Positions 40,210 to 51,228 of a stretch of 64,000 nucleotides of DNA are shown one piece after another (position 1 is the stretch's first letter; every line of letters begins with the position of its first letter). The translations under genes and the position numbers were made by a program. Source of the DNA: Escherichia phage ST0. Under the pieces are notes generated by a model. It saw only the letters and a program-made list of their open reading frames with translations. It ran no database searches and was not told the origin of the DNA. The stretch is taken from the sequence record MF044457; one strand, given 5' to 3'.

Positions 40210-40397
40210 TGAAAGCTTATTTAGAAACAGTTATTGTAGCTAAGAAGGATGGTGGAGATGTTTCCACCTCTTGTTCCCAAATTGTATTAGATTTTCCTAA
40301 TAACGATTCCTATCGTATTTTTATGGACAATTTTGATAAGTACGAAAAAGGCCCTAATTTTGAAGTTTATCGTACTTTGCTCCCGATTGTGGATTAA
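40209..40397 (+). CDS. hypothetical protein (62 aa)
   Basis: Start at the TAATG overlap with the ligase stop. Confidence 0.4.
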   Translation: MKAYLETVIVAKKDGGDVSTSCSQIVLDFPNNDSYRIFMDNFDKYEKGPNFEVYRTLLPIVD

Positions 40398-40418
40398 GAG
40401 CCTTCGGGCTCTTTTTTG
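40397..40418 (+). terminator. rho-independent terminator
   Basis: AGAGCC-TTCG-GGCTCT hairpin followed by TTTTTT. Confidence 0.7.
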
Positions 40419-40453
40419 GCATAAATATAAATTATTACTAAAAGGAAAACACT

Positions 40454-42541
40454 ATGTCTGAACAATTAAATGAAGTGTTTGAATCTGAAGGCAGTCTTCC
40501 TGTCGTCAATTTGAACCCTAAAGCTAAAGTTCCACAAGTCTGGAAAATTGGTGATATCGATACAAACATCGTAGTTCGCTTATTCTCTTACCTTTCTGAA
40601 GGCGATGCTGTAAAACAAGTTAAACTTGGCGACAAATACGCCCATGTTGTTATTATGAGTCTGTCTGAAAAGGGTAATCTCGCTGAATTGAAAAATGGCC
40701 TTGGTCCTGCTCCTATTGATGCAATCAACACTATTTTCAATACAGTATATGAACAGGTTAAAGCTCTTCGTATGGATGCAGTTCTGTTCCGGTTCCCTAC
40801 CAAGAAATTGAAAGGACGTGGACAACAGCTTCAAACTCTTCTTGCTCGTTTAGTTTCTACTAAAACTGGCGGTCGTTTTAAAGTATTGTCAGCAATGTAT
40901 CAATTCACAGGTAAACACACCTATGTGATGATGGTTCGTAAAAATGCCAACATTGAAGATATTAAAGGCATCCCTAACATTAACACAGAGTTGTACACGA
41001 AAGTAGATTCTGATGTTGGCGAAGTTTATGTGAGTAAAAAGACTGGCGAAAAGGTCACCAAAGAAACGGCTATCGCTGGTTCTATTGCTGCTGTAGAAGA
41101 AAAACGTAAAGATAAGCCTGTTATTGCTCGTACTAAAATTTCTCGTCGTGCTATTGCAGCAAGTCAATCTTTAGAAGCTGACCGACAAGAAGGTGAGTTA
41201 TTCCAGAAATACGAAAATTCTGCTAAAGAAGTTAGTGGCCCAGCTACAGCCGAATTACTTCCTGAAGCATATGAAATCGTACTAGCCCAAGCATCGTCCA
41301 CAGCAAAAGGCACTTTAGTTGCTGATATCGAAAATAAGATTTATAATCGTATTGATGAATCCTTTAAATTTGCTGATGAAGTTTCTTATGGTAGTGTTAT
41401 TAAGCCGACTTTAGAAAAGTTTGCTAAGAAAATTAAAACTGAAAAAACAACATCTGTTAAAGCATTAGCCGCTTTTGTTGAAGCTGCAAACGAAATTGCA
41501 GACTCTATTAGAGACGAATGGTTTGAAGATTTTAGACGTGATAATTTCCAACTGCCTGACGATGTTTTAGCTGAAGTATCTGAAAGAACTTGGAAACAAC
41601 GTAAATCAGCGTTCTTGTCTAATGTGATGTATACTTATGCACGAGAATCGGCTAGAGGCACCTTTAATATAACAATGAATCGGGACCCTAAACAATACTC
41701 TGTTGCTGAAAAACGAGCTATTCGTGAATATGCCTCTTCTGCGTATACCGATATCAATAATATGTTGTTAGGTCGTTATAAACCAGATTTTTACGATGTT
41801 GCAGATGAAGATGAAGTTAAACGCGCTATTGATGGTCTTGATTCGGCGTTTTTAAATGGAGACCGTTTACCTGAAGGACTAACGTTATATAGAGCTCAGT
41901 CTATCAGAATGCCTATTTACGAAGCAATGGTTAAAAATAAGGTATTCTACTTCAGAAACTATGTTTCCACTTCACTAGCTCCTATTATTTTCGGTGGGTT
42001 TAAAGAGAACGTTGCCCTTGGACTTGCTCCTGAAGAAGTTCGCAAAGAGCTTAACATTGACAATAATGACGAAGGTGTTACTATTTCTCCTAGTCAAGTA
42101 AGAACAGCTATGCATGCACCAGAACAAATCCGTGTTAACGTTGGATGGGCTATTGATGGCGCCCATAAAGTTAACGTGATTTATCCAGGACAGTTGAGTA
42201 ATCACCCTAATGAGCAAGAAATTATTTTGCCTAGAGGCATTCTCTTGCAGATAAATAAAATTACAGATGCGTCATCTGATACTGGTGCAGGTTTAGAATC
42301 CAACCTTAAATTTATTCAAGCTGAAGTCATGTCCTCAGACCAGTTAGATGAAGCTGTCATTTATGATGGTGATGTTCTCATGGAAACAGGCGAGGTAGTT
42401 GCTATGACAGGTGAAATCGAATCAGATGAGCCGGTATCTTTTGCCTCATTTGTAGAAAAAACTAGTGCACCTAAAGGTTTGAAATTGTTAGCATCTTTAA
42501 TGGATTTAGAATCAGTTCCGTTTAAATTTGTCCAAGGATAG
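40454..42541 (+). CDS. alt: ADP-ribosyltransferase Alt (capsid-packaged, modifies host RNA polymerase)
   Basis: 695 aa (T4 682 aa); synteny 30-alt-54; ADP-ribosyltransferase-like C-terminal half. Confidence 0.85.
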   Translation: MSEQLNEVFESEGSLPVVNLNPKAKVPQVWKIGDIDTNIVVRLFSYLSEGDAVKQVKLGDKYAHVVIMSLSEKGNLAELKNGLGPAPIDAINTIFNTVYEQVKALRMDAVLFRFPTKKLKGRGQQLQTLLARLVSTKTGGRFKVLSAMYQFTGKHTYVMMVRKNANIEDIKGIPNINTELYTKVDSDVGEVYVSKKTGEKVTKETAIAGSIAAVEEKRKDKPVIARTKISRRAIAASQSLEADRQEGELFQKYENSAKEVSGPATAELLPEAYEIVLAQASSTAKGTLVADIENKIYNRIDESFKFADEVSYGSVIKPTLEKFAKKIKTEKTTSVKALAAFVEAANEIADSIRDEWFEDFRRDNFQLPDDVLAEVSERTWKQRKSAFLSNVMYTYARESARGTFNITMNRDPKQYSVAEKRAIREYASSAYTDINNMLLGRYKPDFYDVADEDEVKRAIDGLDSAFLNGDRLPEGLTLYRAQSIRMPIYEAMVKNKVFYFRNYVSTSLAPIIFGGFKENVALGLAPEEVRKELNIDNNDEGVTISPSQVRTAMHAPEQIRVNVGWAIDGAHKVNVIYPGQLSNHPNEQEIILPRGILLQINKITDASSDTGAGLESNLKFIQAEVMSSDQLDEAVIYDGDVLMETGEVVAMTGEIESDEPVSFASFVEKTSAPKGLKLLASLMDLESVPFKFVQG

Positions 42542-42570
42542 TTTACAAACACATGGATGTGTGATACTAT
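42541..42570 (+). promoter_or_regulatory. early promoter (GTTTAC, 18 nt, TACTAT)
   Basis: GTTTAC begins at the last base of the alt stop codon; TACTAT 42565-42570. Confidence 0.5.
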
Positions 42571-42599
42571 CATCCCATCAACAACATGAGGAAAACGTT

Positions 42600-42893
42600 A
42601 TGAAATCTATGCTTCGCTTTAATGGTCAAGAACTAGTAGTTGAAGATGCTATCCCAGCGGATGATGTTTTTAACGAAGCTGTGATTGATGAATTGAATCG
42701 AGTATTCCCAGGTGCATTCCATATTGCTATGGAACCTCTTAAAAACTTTCGTGACCCTGAGCACACTGATCAAATTTTTGTCGGTGTAGTGACAGGTCAT
42801 TTAGAAACAGAGGTACCAATGGTCGTATTAGTTAAATACTCTAAAGATGATACTCCATTTCGAGCACCAGCATTCCTTTCATTCCGTAAATAA
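42600..42893 (+). CDS. hypothetical protein (97 aa)
   Basis: Start at the ATG preceded by SD GAGGAA. Confidence 0.45.
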   Translation: MKSMLRFNGQELVVEDAIPADDVFNEAVIDELNRVFPGAFHIAMEPLKNFRDPEHTDQIFVGVVTGHLETEVPMVVLVKYSKDDTPFRAPAFLSFRK

Positions 42894-42902
42894 ACCCCTA
42901 AA

Positions 42903-42925
42903 GGGAGACAACGTCTCCCTTTTTC
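42903..42925. terminator. terminator hairpin between convergent genes
   Basis: GGGAGAC-AACG-TCTCCC followed by TTTTT on the plus strand; lies between the plus-strand ORF ending at 42893 and minus-strand gene 54. Confidence 0.65.
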
Positions 42926-43888
42926 TTATAGTCCTAAAACTCTTGACGCAGAATTCACAACACCTGTCAATGTGTTTATATTAGACACACCACCAGCAGT
43001 CCCACCTAATCTAGAAAGTCTTGATACTGCACTTCCTAGTCCAGAATCATTCTGATTATTTCCAAACATTCCTGAAACACTACTAATAAGTCCTGATTCC
43101 AGCCATTCTAAAGCAGCCTGTCTATTTACAGCACCTGATTGCATAACGCGATAAGCAAATGTTACGTCAAAAACTGTTATCTGATTATCACCATCATACG
43201 TTAACTCAGGAGAAGAGACACTAACAGGAATACATCCAGTGAACATGACAGCGGTATGTGGTAAACCATTTCGTGCATGTAAATTAACCTGAATATCTGC
43301 TTCGACGTCTTGTGGTAAAGCACGAAGACCTGTTACAGGGTCTTGGACTGAGTTTACCCAGTCTTGCATTGCTCTAAAGTTAGATGCTTCAGAATCCATT
43401 CTAAAGCTTATTACTAACGGGTCCATTTCACGGCCGGTAATTCGGATGTTCGGGGAGTTATAGTTGAAATCCGTTTCATAAGATAATCGGTTCTCAGGCA
43501 TTTTTACAGAATAAATCATTAAACCTGTATTATTATATGCCATATTGAAGAAGTCTATCAGATAAGCTCCTACTGTGAACTCGCCTAACAAGCTTTGTAC
43601 CGTACGTTGGCTCATTGCTCCAATCAGATATTTACTTACACCTGATTTTCGAATTAATTTCTGTGTTCCTGCTGTAATCAGGGTTGTTACGCCCTGATTG
43701 ATATCACCTTGAGTCAATCCTAGCCAATCAGAATCCAACCCTAAGTTATTATAAGCAAAACTACCAATTGACGAAATTAGTGAAGATGATTTAGTCGATG
43801 GTGTAGTAGCAAATACACAACTAAACATATTGTTTCGTTGGAAATCTGCATTTATAGCTTGGTTATTAAATTCTTCTAAAGAGTACAT
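42926..43888 (-). CDS. 54: baseplate tail-tube initiator gp54
   Basis: 320 aa as in T4; synteny. Confidence 0.92.
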   Translation of the reverse strand: MYSLEEFNNQAINADFQRNNMFSCVFATTPSTKSSSLISSIGSFAYNNLGLDSDWLGLTQGDINQGVTTLITAGTQKLIRKSGVSKYLIGAMSQRTVQSLLGEFTVGAYLIDFFNMAYNNTGLMIYSVKMPENRLSYETDFNYNSPNIRITGREMDPLVISFRMDSEASNFRAMQDWVNSVQDPVTGLRALPQDVEADIQVNLHARNGLPHTAVMFTGCIPVSVSSPELTYDGDNQITVFDVTFAYRVMQSGAVNRQAALEWLESGLISSVSGMFGNNQNDSGLGSAVSRLSRLGGTAGGVSNINTLTGVVNSASRVLGL

Positions 43889-44997
43889 TAGAAAGTCCCC
43901 GCATAAAGTGAAGAACGGTTTAATGTAATAATTTCTCGCATTGTTATCTCTAACGTAAATGTTGACGGTAAGTTAGGAGCAACAGCGAGACCATTAAATT
44001 GTCCATTTGGAGTTTTATCAAAACGTACGCTTTGAATTTGGCATGGGCCAAATACGTCAGTTAATCCATCAAATTTAGATGTATAACCAAAGTTTTTAAC
44101 CATCCAAATTGTAGGGTTGCTTACAACTAATACATTTGTTAATGACGCAGTAATCTTTTCAAACAATGTCTTATTTTTTACTGCATCATCAGGCGTCATA
44201 GGCTCAATAAACGTTGAACGGTACCATTCGTCTAAATAACTTTTAATCTCTTGGGCGTACTGTGATTTACCGGTCTCACCATATGAGAAATAGTTAAAAT
44301 ACTGGTAAATGTTTATAATAGCCATAAGGTCTTCAGTTGAACGTGGAGTTAAATCCCATGTAAAGACTTTAGTACGGTTCTCAGCACCGCCATACATACT
44401 ACGAGAAGTCGTATAAATCTGTTCGTTATTATCAGCCATAAGCCCTTGAGTAATAGAATCTAATGCACCAAAAACTGCAGTAGAAGCAATGTTACTTAAA
44501 ACACCAGTAGCAGTACCTCCACCTTTAGTAATAAGGCTATCACCAATATCATTAAAACGATGTGAAGTTGTATCAACGTCAGATTTGGAACGTGGCAAAA
44601 GTATATTAGCAACAGGAGTTTTATTTATAGTAGGTTTATTAGCTCCGGCAGGAAGCAACCCATTAGAGAATTTAGTCACTGCATCTTTCACATTATCAGT
44701 TAAATCTGATATGATACCATTAGATGAAGTGCCGGCGTATGCCGGACGTAAATTCCTGAGGGATCCTGAATCGCGTGCAGACATATTGTACGCGGTAAAT
44801 AATAATCCATTCTTATAAAGGTCTGTTACCTGGAAGTCTCCTGTGGAGTCATTTCCGGCTGCTCTTCCTGTAGGAAATTGAGCAACATAAGTTTTAGTAG
44901 TTGTTTCGGTTTTAGTGCTTTGCCCAGCACTTTCTGAGACTGGGATTGCTTTATTTAAATCCTTTGCATCTACTACTATTTCTTTTACACTAATCAT
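43888..44997 (-). CDS. 48: baseplate tail-tube cap gp48
   Basis: 369 aa (T4 364 aa); synteny. Confidence 0.92.
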   Translation of the reverse strand: MISVKEIVVDAKDLNKAIPVSESAGQSTKTETTTKTYVAQFPTGRAAGNDSTGDFQVTDLYKNGLLFTAYNMSARDSGSLRNLRPAYAGTSSNGIISDLTDNVKDAVTKFSNGLLPAGANKPTINKTPVANILLPRSKSDVDTTSHRFNDIGDSLITKGGGTATGVLSNIASTAVFGALDSITQGLMADNNEQIYTTSRSMYGGAENRTKVFTWDLTPRSTEDLMAIINIYQYFNYFSYGETGKSQYAQEIKSYLDEWYRSTFIEPMTPDDAVKNKTLFEKITASLTNVLVVSNPTIWMVKNFGYTSKFDGLTDVFGPCQIQSVRFDKTPNGQFNGLAVAPNLPSTFTLEITMREIITLNRSSLYAGTF

Positions 44998-45008
44998 AAT
45001 AATAATCC

Positions 45009-46781
45009 TTAATTAACACCGGTGGCATGGAAAATTCCAGGAGCCGTTGTACTTGTTACAGGGGTCATATTCTGGACTACGGTATTCTTTTTGACGACAT
45101 TATTTGTGTTACTAATCGCCGCTACCGGTTGCTGTTGTTTAGATTCAGAAGCACGTCCTTTCTCTATTGACTGAACTTGTTTTGCTTCAGGAGATTTAGT
45201 CGAAGATTCAGGCTTAACTGTCGTCTGAGCCTTTTTGGCTTCAGCCATTTTATTATTTAGCTTTTCAAATCTAGCATCTAATTCCTTTTTAACAACAGGA
45301 GTTTTATTAAGTTCAGGGTCTTTAATAAGTTTACTTAAATCAGCATAAGACTTCTCGACGTTTTTAGCATTTTCTGGATTAGTCATATCGATTTTATCGA
45401 TATAATCCTCAAATCTAACTAGTGCCGCACGAGTTTCATTAGCTTTTATATATGCCTCTTTACGCTCCTCTTCAGGTAACTCTTTTAATTTTGCTGATTC
45501 CGCAGCACGCTCATCGCTTGTACTAAACTCTTCTTTATTGTCATTACCACGAACCCAGTTAGTAACGAATGTTTTGCCGCGTTGTAACATATCAAGACCT
45601 TTAGAAACGGTTCCTAATTCCCCATCGTCACGCTTCATTTGATATTTAGCGACTTTCTCTTGGTCTTCTTTCTTTAATTTGTTCCCAGTAGTTTCTTGGA
45701 ATCCTTCCAAAGCACGTCCTTCTATTTCGTCTGCGGTATCACCAAAACCTATAGCACGCAATATAGACGCGGAGAGTTTAGCCATTCCTAATTGAATTAG
45801 TTCACCTAAGTTCATTAATGCTGTTCCTACACCTTTGACAATAGCAACGGTTAAACCACCCCAGTCTCCAGCTTCCCACAATTGTTTTATAGAGTCAATA
45901 GAAGTGAATATATCACTTAAGAATTTACCCCACTCTTTAGCTTCATCGGAGAATTTAGTAAAGTTTTCGTCAAATAAATCCCAGGCAGAAGTGAACTTGT
46001 CTGTCCAATATTTGAAATGGACTATCAATAAATCAATACCGATAACAATACCAAGAATAAGTGCGGCCATTTTTGCTGCTTCAATAGCAGCCGTTATAGT
46101 GTATTTGAAAAGCATTCCAGCAATTCTGTCTGAAATTGATATTGATTTATTAAACCCGGTTTGAACTGTTTTGGTGAGCATTGCAATTTTATCGCTCAAT
46201 TTAAAGCTAATTCCGCCTTTAGAATCGGAAGTAGAATTAGCACTTTCTTGAACCGGGGCTGGGAAGAAATCTTCGTCTGGCTTATTATCAATCTTTTCAG
46301 GTGTAGGTAATGCTTTAAACAGCTCATCAGAAGTTTCATTCTCAACCACTTTAACAGGTATTGCGTTCTCAATTACTTCAAGAGAGGTGCCTCCTGTATT
46401 TTGAATAGCGGTAGATGTTTGTAATTTTTGCTCTAATAATGTAGCTAATCGGTCTAACTTAGAGCTTATTGCACTAGAAACTTCGTTTATACTTTTAGTG
46501 ACTTCAGTTTGTTTTTCAATAACCTCTGCGATAAGCTCTGTGCCTTCAGCAGTATTATCTGTCGAATTCTTTAAGTCTCCAATTGATTCAATAATTCCAT
46601 TGCCTTTATCTTCTACACTTTGTGATGTGAGTTCAGACGCGGCTTGGACATCGTCTAGTTTTGATGAAATGTTATTCAATGCTTCTAATGAATCGGTAGC
46701 TGCTGTTGCAGCTACTTTTTGTGGTTTATTATCGGCAATGACCTTATTTCTACGCATGGATTTCATTTCTTCAGGTTTCAT
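45009..46781 (-). CDS. 29: baseplate hub subunit / tail length determinator gp29
   Basis: 590 aa as in T4; synteny. Confidence 0.92.
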   Translation of the reverse strand: MKPEEMKSMRRNKVIADNKPQKVAATAATDSLEALNNISSKLDDVQAASELTSQSVEDKGNGIIESIGDLKNSTDNTAEGTELIAEVIEKQTEVTKSINEVSSAISSKLDRLATLLEQKLQTSTAIQNTGGTSLEVIENAIPVKVVENETSDELFKALPTPEKIDNKPDEDFFPAPVQESANSTSDSKGGISFKLSDKIAMLTKTVQTGFNKSISISDRIAGMLFKYTITAAIEAAKMAALILGIVIGIDLLIVHFKYWTDKFTSAWDLFDENFTKFSDEAKEWGKFLSDIFTSIDSIKQLWEAGDWGGLTVAIVKGVGTALMNLGELIQLGMAKLSASILRAIGFGDTADEIEGRALEGFQETTGNKLKKEDQEKVAKYQMKRDDGELGTVSKGLDMLQRGKTFVTNWVRGNDNKEEFSTSDERAAESAKLKELPEEERKEAYIKANETRAALVRFEDYIDKIDMTNPENAKNVEKSYADLSKLIKDPELNKTPVVKKELDARFEKLNNKMAEAKKAQTTVKPESSTKSPEAKQVQSIEKGRASESKQQQPVAAISNTNNVVKKNTVVQNMTPVTSTTAPGIFHATGVN

Positions 46782-47311
46782 TCAAGCAATCCAATAATTT
46801 CTGCTATACCCTTAATAGGGCCATTAGGGCCCGGAATAGCAATAGTTGTCGAAAGGTCTTCTGCCCATTTGATTACAAAAGCAGGCATCTCAAGGAAAGA
46901 AATTTCTTTCTCTTCGTCATTAACTTTTATTAAGCAATTTGATAGCATTTCACTGATTGTAGCGAATTGTTCAAATTTGCCTGGGGGTCTAAAATAAAAA
47001 GTATTACCTTGAAATTGGAATTCTGTTCGTTGGCATACATAGACGTCATCTAGTTTATAAGTGAATCCATCTTTTTCAACTTCAGACTTAAGTTTGTTAT
47101 TAAATTCCAATATGTGTAGACATGCAAAATCAAAATCTGCCGGACTCATATTTTTACAAATAGAATCAGCTAAGATTTTCATGTTTTCGTCAGGACCTTT
47201 AACGTCCTTTAAAAGATTATAATGTTTGAGCCCTAATTTAGGAATCATTACCTTTTTATTAGACTGTGGTAGAATTATTTTCTTTAGAGGTAGAATCAGA
47301 TTTAAGTTCAT
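46778..47311 (-). CDS. 28: baseplate hub distal subunit gp28
   Basis: 177 aa as in T4; the start overlaps the 3' end of gene 27 by 53 nt, so the exact start is uncertain. Confidence 0.85.
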   Translation of the reverse strand: MNLNLILPLKKIILPQSNKKVMIPKLGLKHYNLLKDVKGPDENMKILADSICKNMSPADFDFACLHILEFNNKLKSEVEKDGFTYKLDDVYVCQRTEFQFQGNTFYFRPPGKFEQFATISEMLSNCLIKVNDEEKEISFLEMPAFVIKWAEDLSTTIAIPGPNGPIKGIAEIIGLLE

Positions 47312-48431
47312 TTTTAACCTTAACTGGGTTAACAGGTTCTAACACCATTGAGTTGGTAAACATGTACAGATGAGTTTGTGAGTTGTTATTTGATAACTCA
47401 TGAATAACTTCATCTACGTAAAATTCGGATTTGAATTGGTTCTTTTGGTCAACAAATATAATTTTAGTAGCAGGCGTTATGTTAAAATTACCTGTAGTAG
47501 TGCATTTAGCATATCCGTCATATTGAGCCATTGTCTGAAGACGACTTGCTTCTTCAAATCCATTACGATAGGTCATTTCGGAATATCCACCTGATCTTGA
47601 CACAAGAATAGCATTATCACCATCACCTGTAACAATAACCGGAATAGATGTATCTAAAAATGAATGAGCGAATATCGTGGCGTTTTTAATAGGGTCTCTT
47701 GTAAATTGGTTAGCTTTAGTCATCCAGGTGAAATCCCATACTAATGGATACTCAAGCTCTTGAATATACTGACCTACAGTATTTGGCTCGCCTACAACCA
47801 TCTTAATGCCTTCCTGACCAATAAGAGTATCATAGTCAATCATGTTTACGCCTAAAATATCTTGCCATACGAATACGAACTTATCACTCGCTGTAGCAAG
47901 TCCTAATTCTCTGACATATGCCAAATAATCATCAAATGTGCTTGTCCAAGGGATATCAGGAACATAAGCATTAATAGTGTTTATTGGCGGAGTAATTAAC
48001 GTACGGTCTTTATATATGACACCTAACATTTCACGTATAGATTCTCCTGCGTCTGAGAAGAATGGTCGCCCAAATTTAAGATTCTCTATAGAATGTATTG
48101 TTCCAAGCTCAATTGCAATAATATTGTCACCTTTTGAGTCCACAGACACAGAATAATGTCTACATCCATAAATTCGAGTTCTAACTTGGAGAGGTGTGTT
48201 TGAATTTGAAACAGAGATTTGAACTATCTGTCTACCGTCCATTTTAGTGTGGATGTTTTTAGTGTCATAAAATTGAAGAATCCCTTCATTTCTTCCATAT
48301 AGCGAATCTCGCATGGTTAAAGTTGTTATTGTTGCTGCGAGTTCAACGTATCTATTTTCTTGCCAAGCCGAATAATCTTGATATAATTTAACGCTTAAGT
48401 TAGGATATCCTGGACGTTGGAATACTGTCAT
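47259..48431 (-). CDS. 27: baseplate hub subunit gp27
   Basis: 390 aa (T4 391 aa); synteny. Confidence 0.92.
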   Translation of the reverse strand: MTVFQRPGYPNLSVKLYQDYSAWQENRYVELAATITTLTMRDSLYGRNEGILQFYDTKNIHTKMDGRQIVQISVSNSNTPLQVRTRIYGCRHYSVSVDSKGDNIIAIELGTIHSIENLKFGRPFFSDAGESIREMLGVIYKDRTLITPPINTINAYVPDIPWTSTFDDYLAYVRELGLATASDKFVFVWQDILGVNMIDYDTLIGQEGIKMVVGEPNTVGQYIQELEYPLVWDFTWMTKANQFTRDPIKNATIFAHSFLDTSIPVIVTGDGDNAILVSRSGGYSEMTYRNGFEEASRLQTMAQYDGYAKCTTTGNFNITPATKIIFVDQKNQFKSEFYVDEVIHELSNNNSQTHLYMFTNSMVLEPVNPVKVKNELKSDSTSKENNSTTV

Positions 48432-49180
48432 TTTTTATGGTCCTTTTCTACTAATGTTAAAGCAATACCACGTTCAACAGGAATCATTTGCATAATAGAA
48501 TCCAATGTGTATTGACTCTTTACAAGTGAATGGTTTATCTGATAGAATGTAAAAATCTCATCAGGGTTAACTAACAATTTAAAAACCTCTAAGATATCAG
48601 TATATGTTTTAACATGTCGTTCACAACAACCTAATCTAAGGGTCAAATTAATAGGATTCATAGAAGCAATAACCTTCTCAAGAGAGTCAATATCTATTGC
48701 TTCTATTACTTGGATTTGGTTCTCTTCAGTCAAATCATTCCATGGGTACCATTCATCATTATAATATATTTCTTTTATGTTTTCGCTTATCATTAATGCT
48801 TTATTGTCATAAAACTTTTCAGGGAAAGAAAAACGTATTTTTATACCAGCAACATCAAGTTCAGGTTCGACTAGTTCTTTTTGATATATCTCAAATGGTG
48901 CAGTTTTTTCTTTAGAGCATTTAGGGCAAGTGAAAATAACGGGAACTTTTGTTTTGCCTATAGAGCCTGCAAAAACTTGCAGGAATATAAATGGTTGCCA
49001 TGTTTTAGGGTACTCGCCAAAATAATCATCAATCAGATCGGCAATTATTTCTTTTTGTTCTTGCGGCGAACGATGTTCGATATCATTTCTAACTAGTAAA
49101 AAGTCTCTATAATCCGCCACAGTGAACGGCTTAAAACGATGAACACCATCCGGTAATTTACAACGAATTATATTAGCCAT
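48428..49180 (-). CDS. 51: baseplate hub assembly catalyst gp51
   Basis: 250 aa (T4 249 aa); synteny. Confidence 0.9.
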   Translation of the reverse strand: MANIIRCKLPDGVHRFKPFTVADYRDFLLVRNDIEHRSPQEQKEIIADLIDDYFGEYPKTWQPFIFLQVFAGSIGKTKVPVIFTCPKCSKEKTAPFEIYQKELVEPELDVAGIKIRFSFPEKFYDNKALMISENIKEIYYNDEWYPWNDLTEENQIQVIEAIDIDSLEKVIASMNPINLTLRLGCCERHVKTYTDILEVFKLLVNPDEIFTFYQINHSLVKSQYTLDSIMQMIPVERGIALTLVEKDHKK

Positions 49181-49197
49181 AATTACTCCTTTTCTAT

Positions 49198-49209
49198 TAT
49201 TTATAAATA
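49198..49209. promoter_or_regulatory. overlapping divergent late promoters (TATTTATAAATA) for gene 51 (minus) and gene 26 (plus)
   Basis: The 12-mer reads TATAAATA on both strands with an 8-nt overlap; about 18 nt from each divergent start codon. Confidence 0.55.
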
Positions 49210-49227
49210 CACAATAAAGGAGTTAAC

Positions 49228-49854
49228 ATGTACAAATATACGTTTACCGTACGTTTAGGCGATAAAGAAGTGAATTGTAGAGCCTTTACTTTAAAAGAAT
49301 ATTTAGGACTCATTGGTGCGCGGGCTACCGGTACTATTGAATCAGCAGTGAACAATATTATCACTAATTGCTCTAATGCTAAAAACTTGACTAAACAAGA
49401 AGCCGAGCTATTGTTGGTAAATCTTTGGGCACATTCATTAGGTGAAGTGAATCAAGAACACACCTGGAATTGTTCCTGTGGGCATTCATTTCAAGTCTAT
49501 ATGAATTTATTGCACACTCAATTAGATGAACAGGCCGATCCCTGGTATTCGTTCAGCGGTATTAAAATTAAGTTCCGTCAACCTAAATTATTTGATGATA
49601 AAAATATAGCATTAATGATTGCTTCATGTATTGAGGCCGTTTTTGTCAATGGAGAGTCTATCCCTGTTGAAGATTTAACTGAAGCAGAAATAAACGACCT
49701 TTACGGCCTTATAACAGAAGATGACATGATCAATATTAAAAATCTTTTGGTATCGCCATCAATTTATCTGGCAACCCCTATTAAATGTCCCAAATGTGGG
49801 GCGTCACACGTTCACACAATACGAGGCCTCAAAGAATTCTTTGAGTTACTATAA
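49228..49854 (+). CDS. 26: baseplate hub subunit gp26
   Basis: 208 aa as in T4; Cys pairs CSCGH and CPKCG. Confidence 0.9.
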   Translation: MYKYTFTVRLGDKEVNCRAFTLKEYLGLIGARATGTIESAVNNIITNCSNAKNLTKQEAELLLVNLWAHSLGEVNQEHTWNCSCGHSFQVYMNLLHTQLDEQADPWYSFSGIKIKFRQPKLFDDKNIALMIASCIEAVFVNGESIPVEDLTEAEINDLYGLITEDDMINIKNLLVSPSIYLATPIKCPKCGASHVHTIRGLKEFFELL

Positions 49855-50252
49855 TGTCTAATATCAATAAACTTTATTCAGATATCGACCCAGAAATGCG
49901 TATGGATTGGAACAAGGACGTTGCTCGTTCTGTAGGACTTCGTTCTATTAAAAATAGTCTTCTTGGCATAGTGACAACTAGAAAAGGCTCACGCCCCTTC
50001 GACCCTGAATTTGGATGCGATTTGGTCGACGAACTTTTCGAGAACATGACACCACTTACAGCCGATACGATTGAGCGTAATATCCAGGCAGCTGTTCGTA
50101 ACTATGAGCCACGCATCGACAAACTTTCTGTAAGCGTAACGCCAGTATATGATGACTATACGGTTATAGTAGAGATTAGATTTTCGGTCGTAGACAACCC
50201 TGACGATATTGAACAAATTAAACTTCAGTTGGCGTCAAGCAATAGAGTGTAA
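49854..50252 (+). CDS. 25: baseplate wedge subunit gp25
   Basis: 132 aa as in T4; synteny. Confidence 0.92.
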   Translation: MSNINKLYSDIDPEMRMDWNKDVARSVGLRSIKNSLLGIVTTRKGSRPFDPEFGCDLVDELFENMTPLTADTIERNIQAAVRNYEPRIDKLSVSVTPVYDDYTVIVEIRFSVVDNPDDIEQIKLQLASSNRV

Positions 50253-50332
50253 TGCTTCAAAGCAACCTATGTATAATGGTTTTAGGTCCTTCCGATACAG
50301 CCGGGAGATTATTAGTTAAAAGAGAGAATATT

Positions 50333-50746
50333 ATGAAGCTGGAAGATTTACAGGAAGAGTTAGACGCAGACTTAGCTATTGATATGTCAAAGTTGCAATA
50401 TGAGACGGCGAATAATGTTAAGTTATACAGCAAATGGCTACGTAAGCACTCATTTATTCGTAAAGAAATGTTGCGTATAGAGACTCAGAAGAAAACTGCT
50501 CTAAAAGCAAGATTAGACTACTACTCGGGACGAGGTGACGGTGATGAATTCAGTATGGACCGATACGAGAAATCTGAAATGAAAACTGTCTTGGCTGCAG
50601 ATAAAGACGTGCTTAAAATAGAGACTACTTTACAATACTGGGGAATTTTACTTGAGTTCTGTAGTGGTGCACTTGACGCAGTTAAGTCTCGTAGTTTTGC
50701 ACTTAAACATATCCAGGATATGCGAGAATTTGAAGCGGGGCAATAA
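50333..50746 (+). CDS. uvsY: recombination mediator UvsY
   Basis: 137 aa from the internal ATG (MKLEDLQEEL...); recalled T4 UvsY similarity (LQYE.ANNV.LYSKWL.KHS.I.KEMLRIE.QKK.ALKARLDYYSGRGDGDEFSMDRYEKSEMKTVL). Confidence 0.95.
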   Translation: MKLEDLQEELDADLAIDMSKLQYETANNVKLYSKWLRKHSFIRKEMLRIETQKKTALKARLDYYSGRGDGDEFSMDRYEKSEMKTVLAADKDVLKIETTLQYWGILLEFCSGALDAVKSRSFALKHIQDMREFEAGQ

Positions 50747-50970
50747 TGCGTTATTCGATTGAAGATGCCTTTAATAATGATGAAGAATTTGAAACTGAAA
50801 TTAAATTCTTAATGGAAAAGTACCGTCTACGTCGTCAGGATATTCGTATCCTGGCAGACCACCCTTGTGGCGAAGACGTCCTTTATATTAAAGGGAAGTT
50901 TGCTGGGTACATCGACGAGTATTTTTATACAAAAGATATGGGTATCGATATGTGCATGCGAGTGATATAA
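50746..50970 (+). CDS. uvsY.-1: conserved hypothetical protein UvsY.-1
   Basis: 74 aa; synteny and size as T4 uvsY.-1. Confidence 0.7.
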   Translation: MRYSIEDAFNNDEEFETEIKFLMEKYRLRRQDIRILADHPCGEDVLYIKGKFAGYIDEYFYTKDMGIDMCMRVI

Positions 50971-51002
50971 ATAGATATGTAATTTCAACTTAGGAGGCAA
51001 TC

Positions 51003-51170
51003 ATGTCAGATAAGATTTGTGTTGTCTGTAAAACTCCAATCGATTCTGCATTGGTTGTTGAAACAGACAAAGGACCAGCACATCCTGGGCCTTGTTATAA
51101 TTATGTCCAACAAATGCCGGTTTCAGAAAGTTCAGAAGAGCAATTGAACGAAACCCAACTTTTACTATAG
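51003..51170 (+). CDS. uvsY.-2: conserved hypothetical protein UvsY.-2 (Cys-rich)
   Basis: 55-aa ORF (MSDKICVVCKTPID...HPGPCYNY) with SD GGAGG; below the track threshold. Confidence 0.6.
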   Translation: MSDKICVVCKTPIDSALVVETDKGPAHPGPCYNYVQQMPVSESSEEQLNETQLLL

Positions 51171-51195
51171 TGTTACCTTTTTTTGCCTATGGTTT

Positions 51196-51225
51196 TGGCC
51201 CTTCCAAAAAGGTCGGGCCTTTTTT
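51196..51225 (+). terminator. rho-independent terminator between convergent uvsY.-2 and uvsW.1
   Basis: GGCCC...GGGCC stem followed by TTTTTTT. Confidence 0.6.
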
Positions 51226-51228
51226 TAA

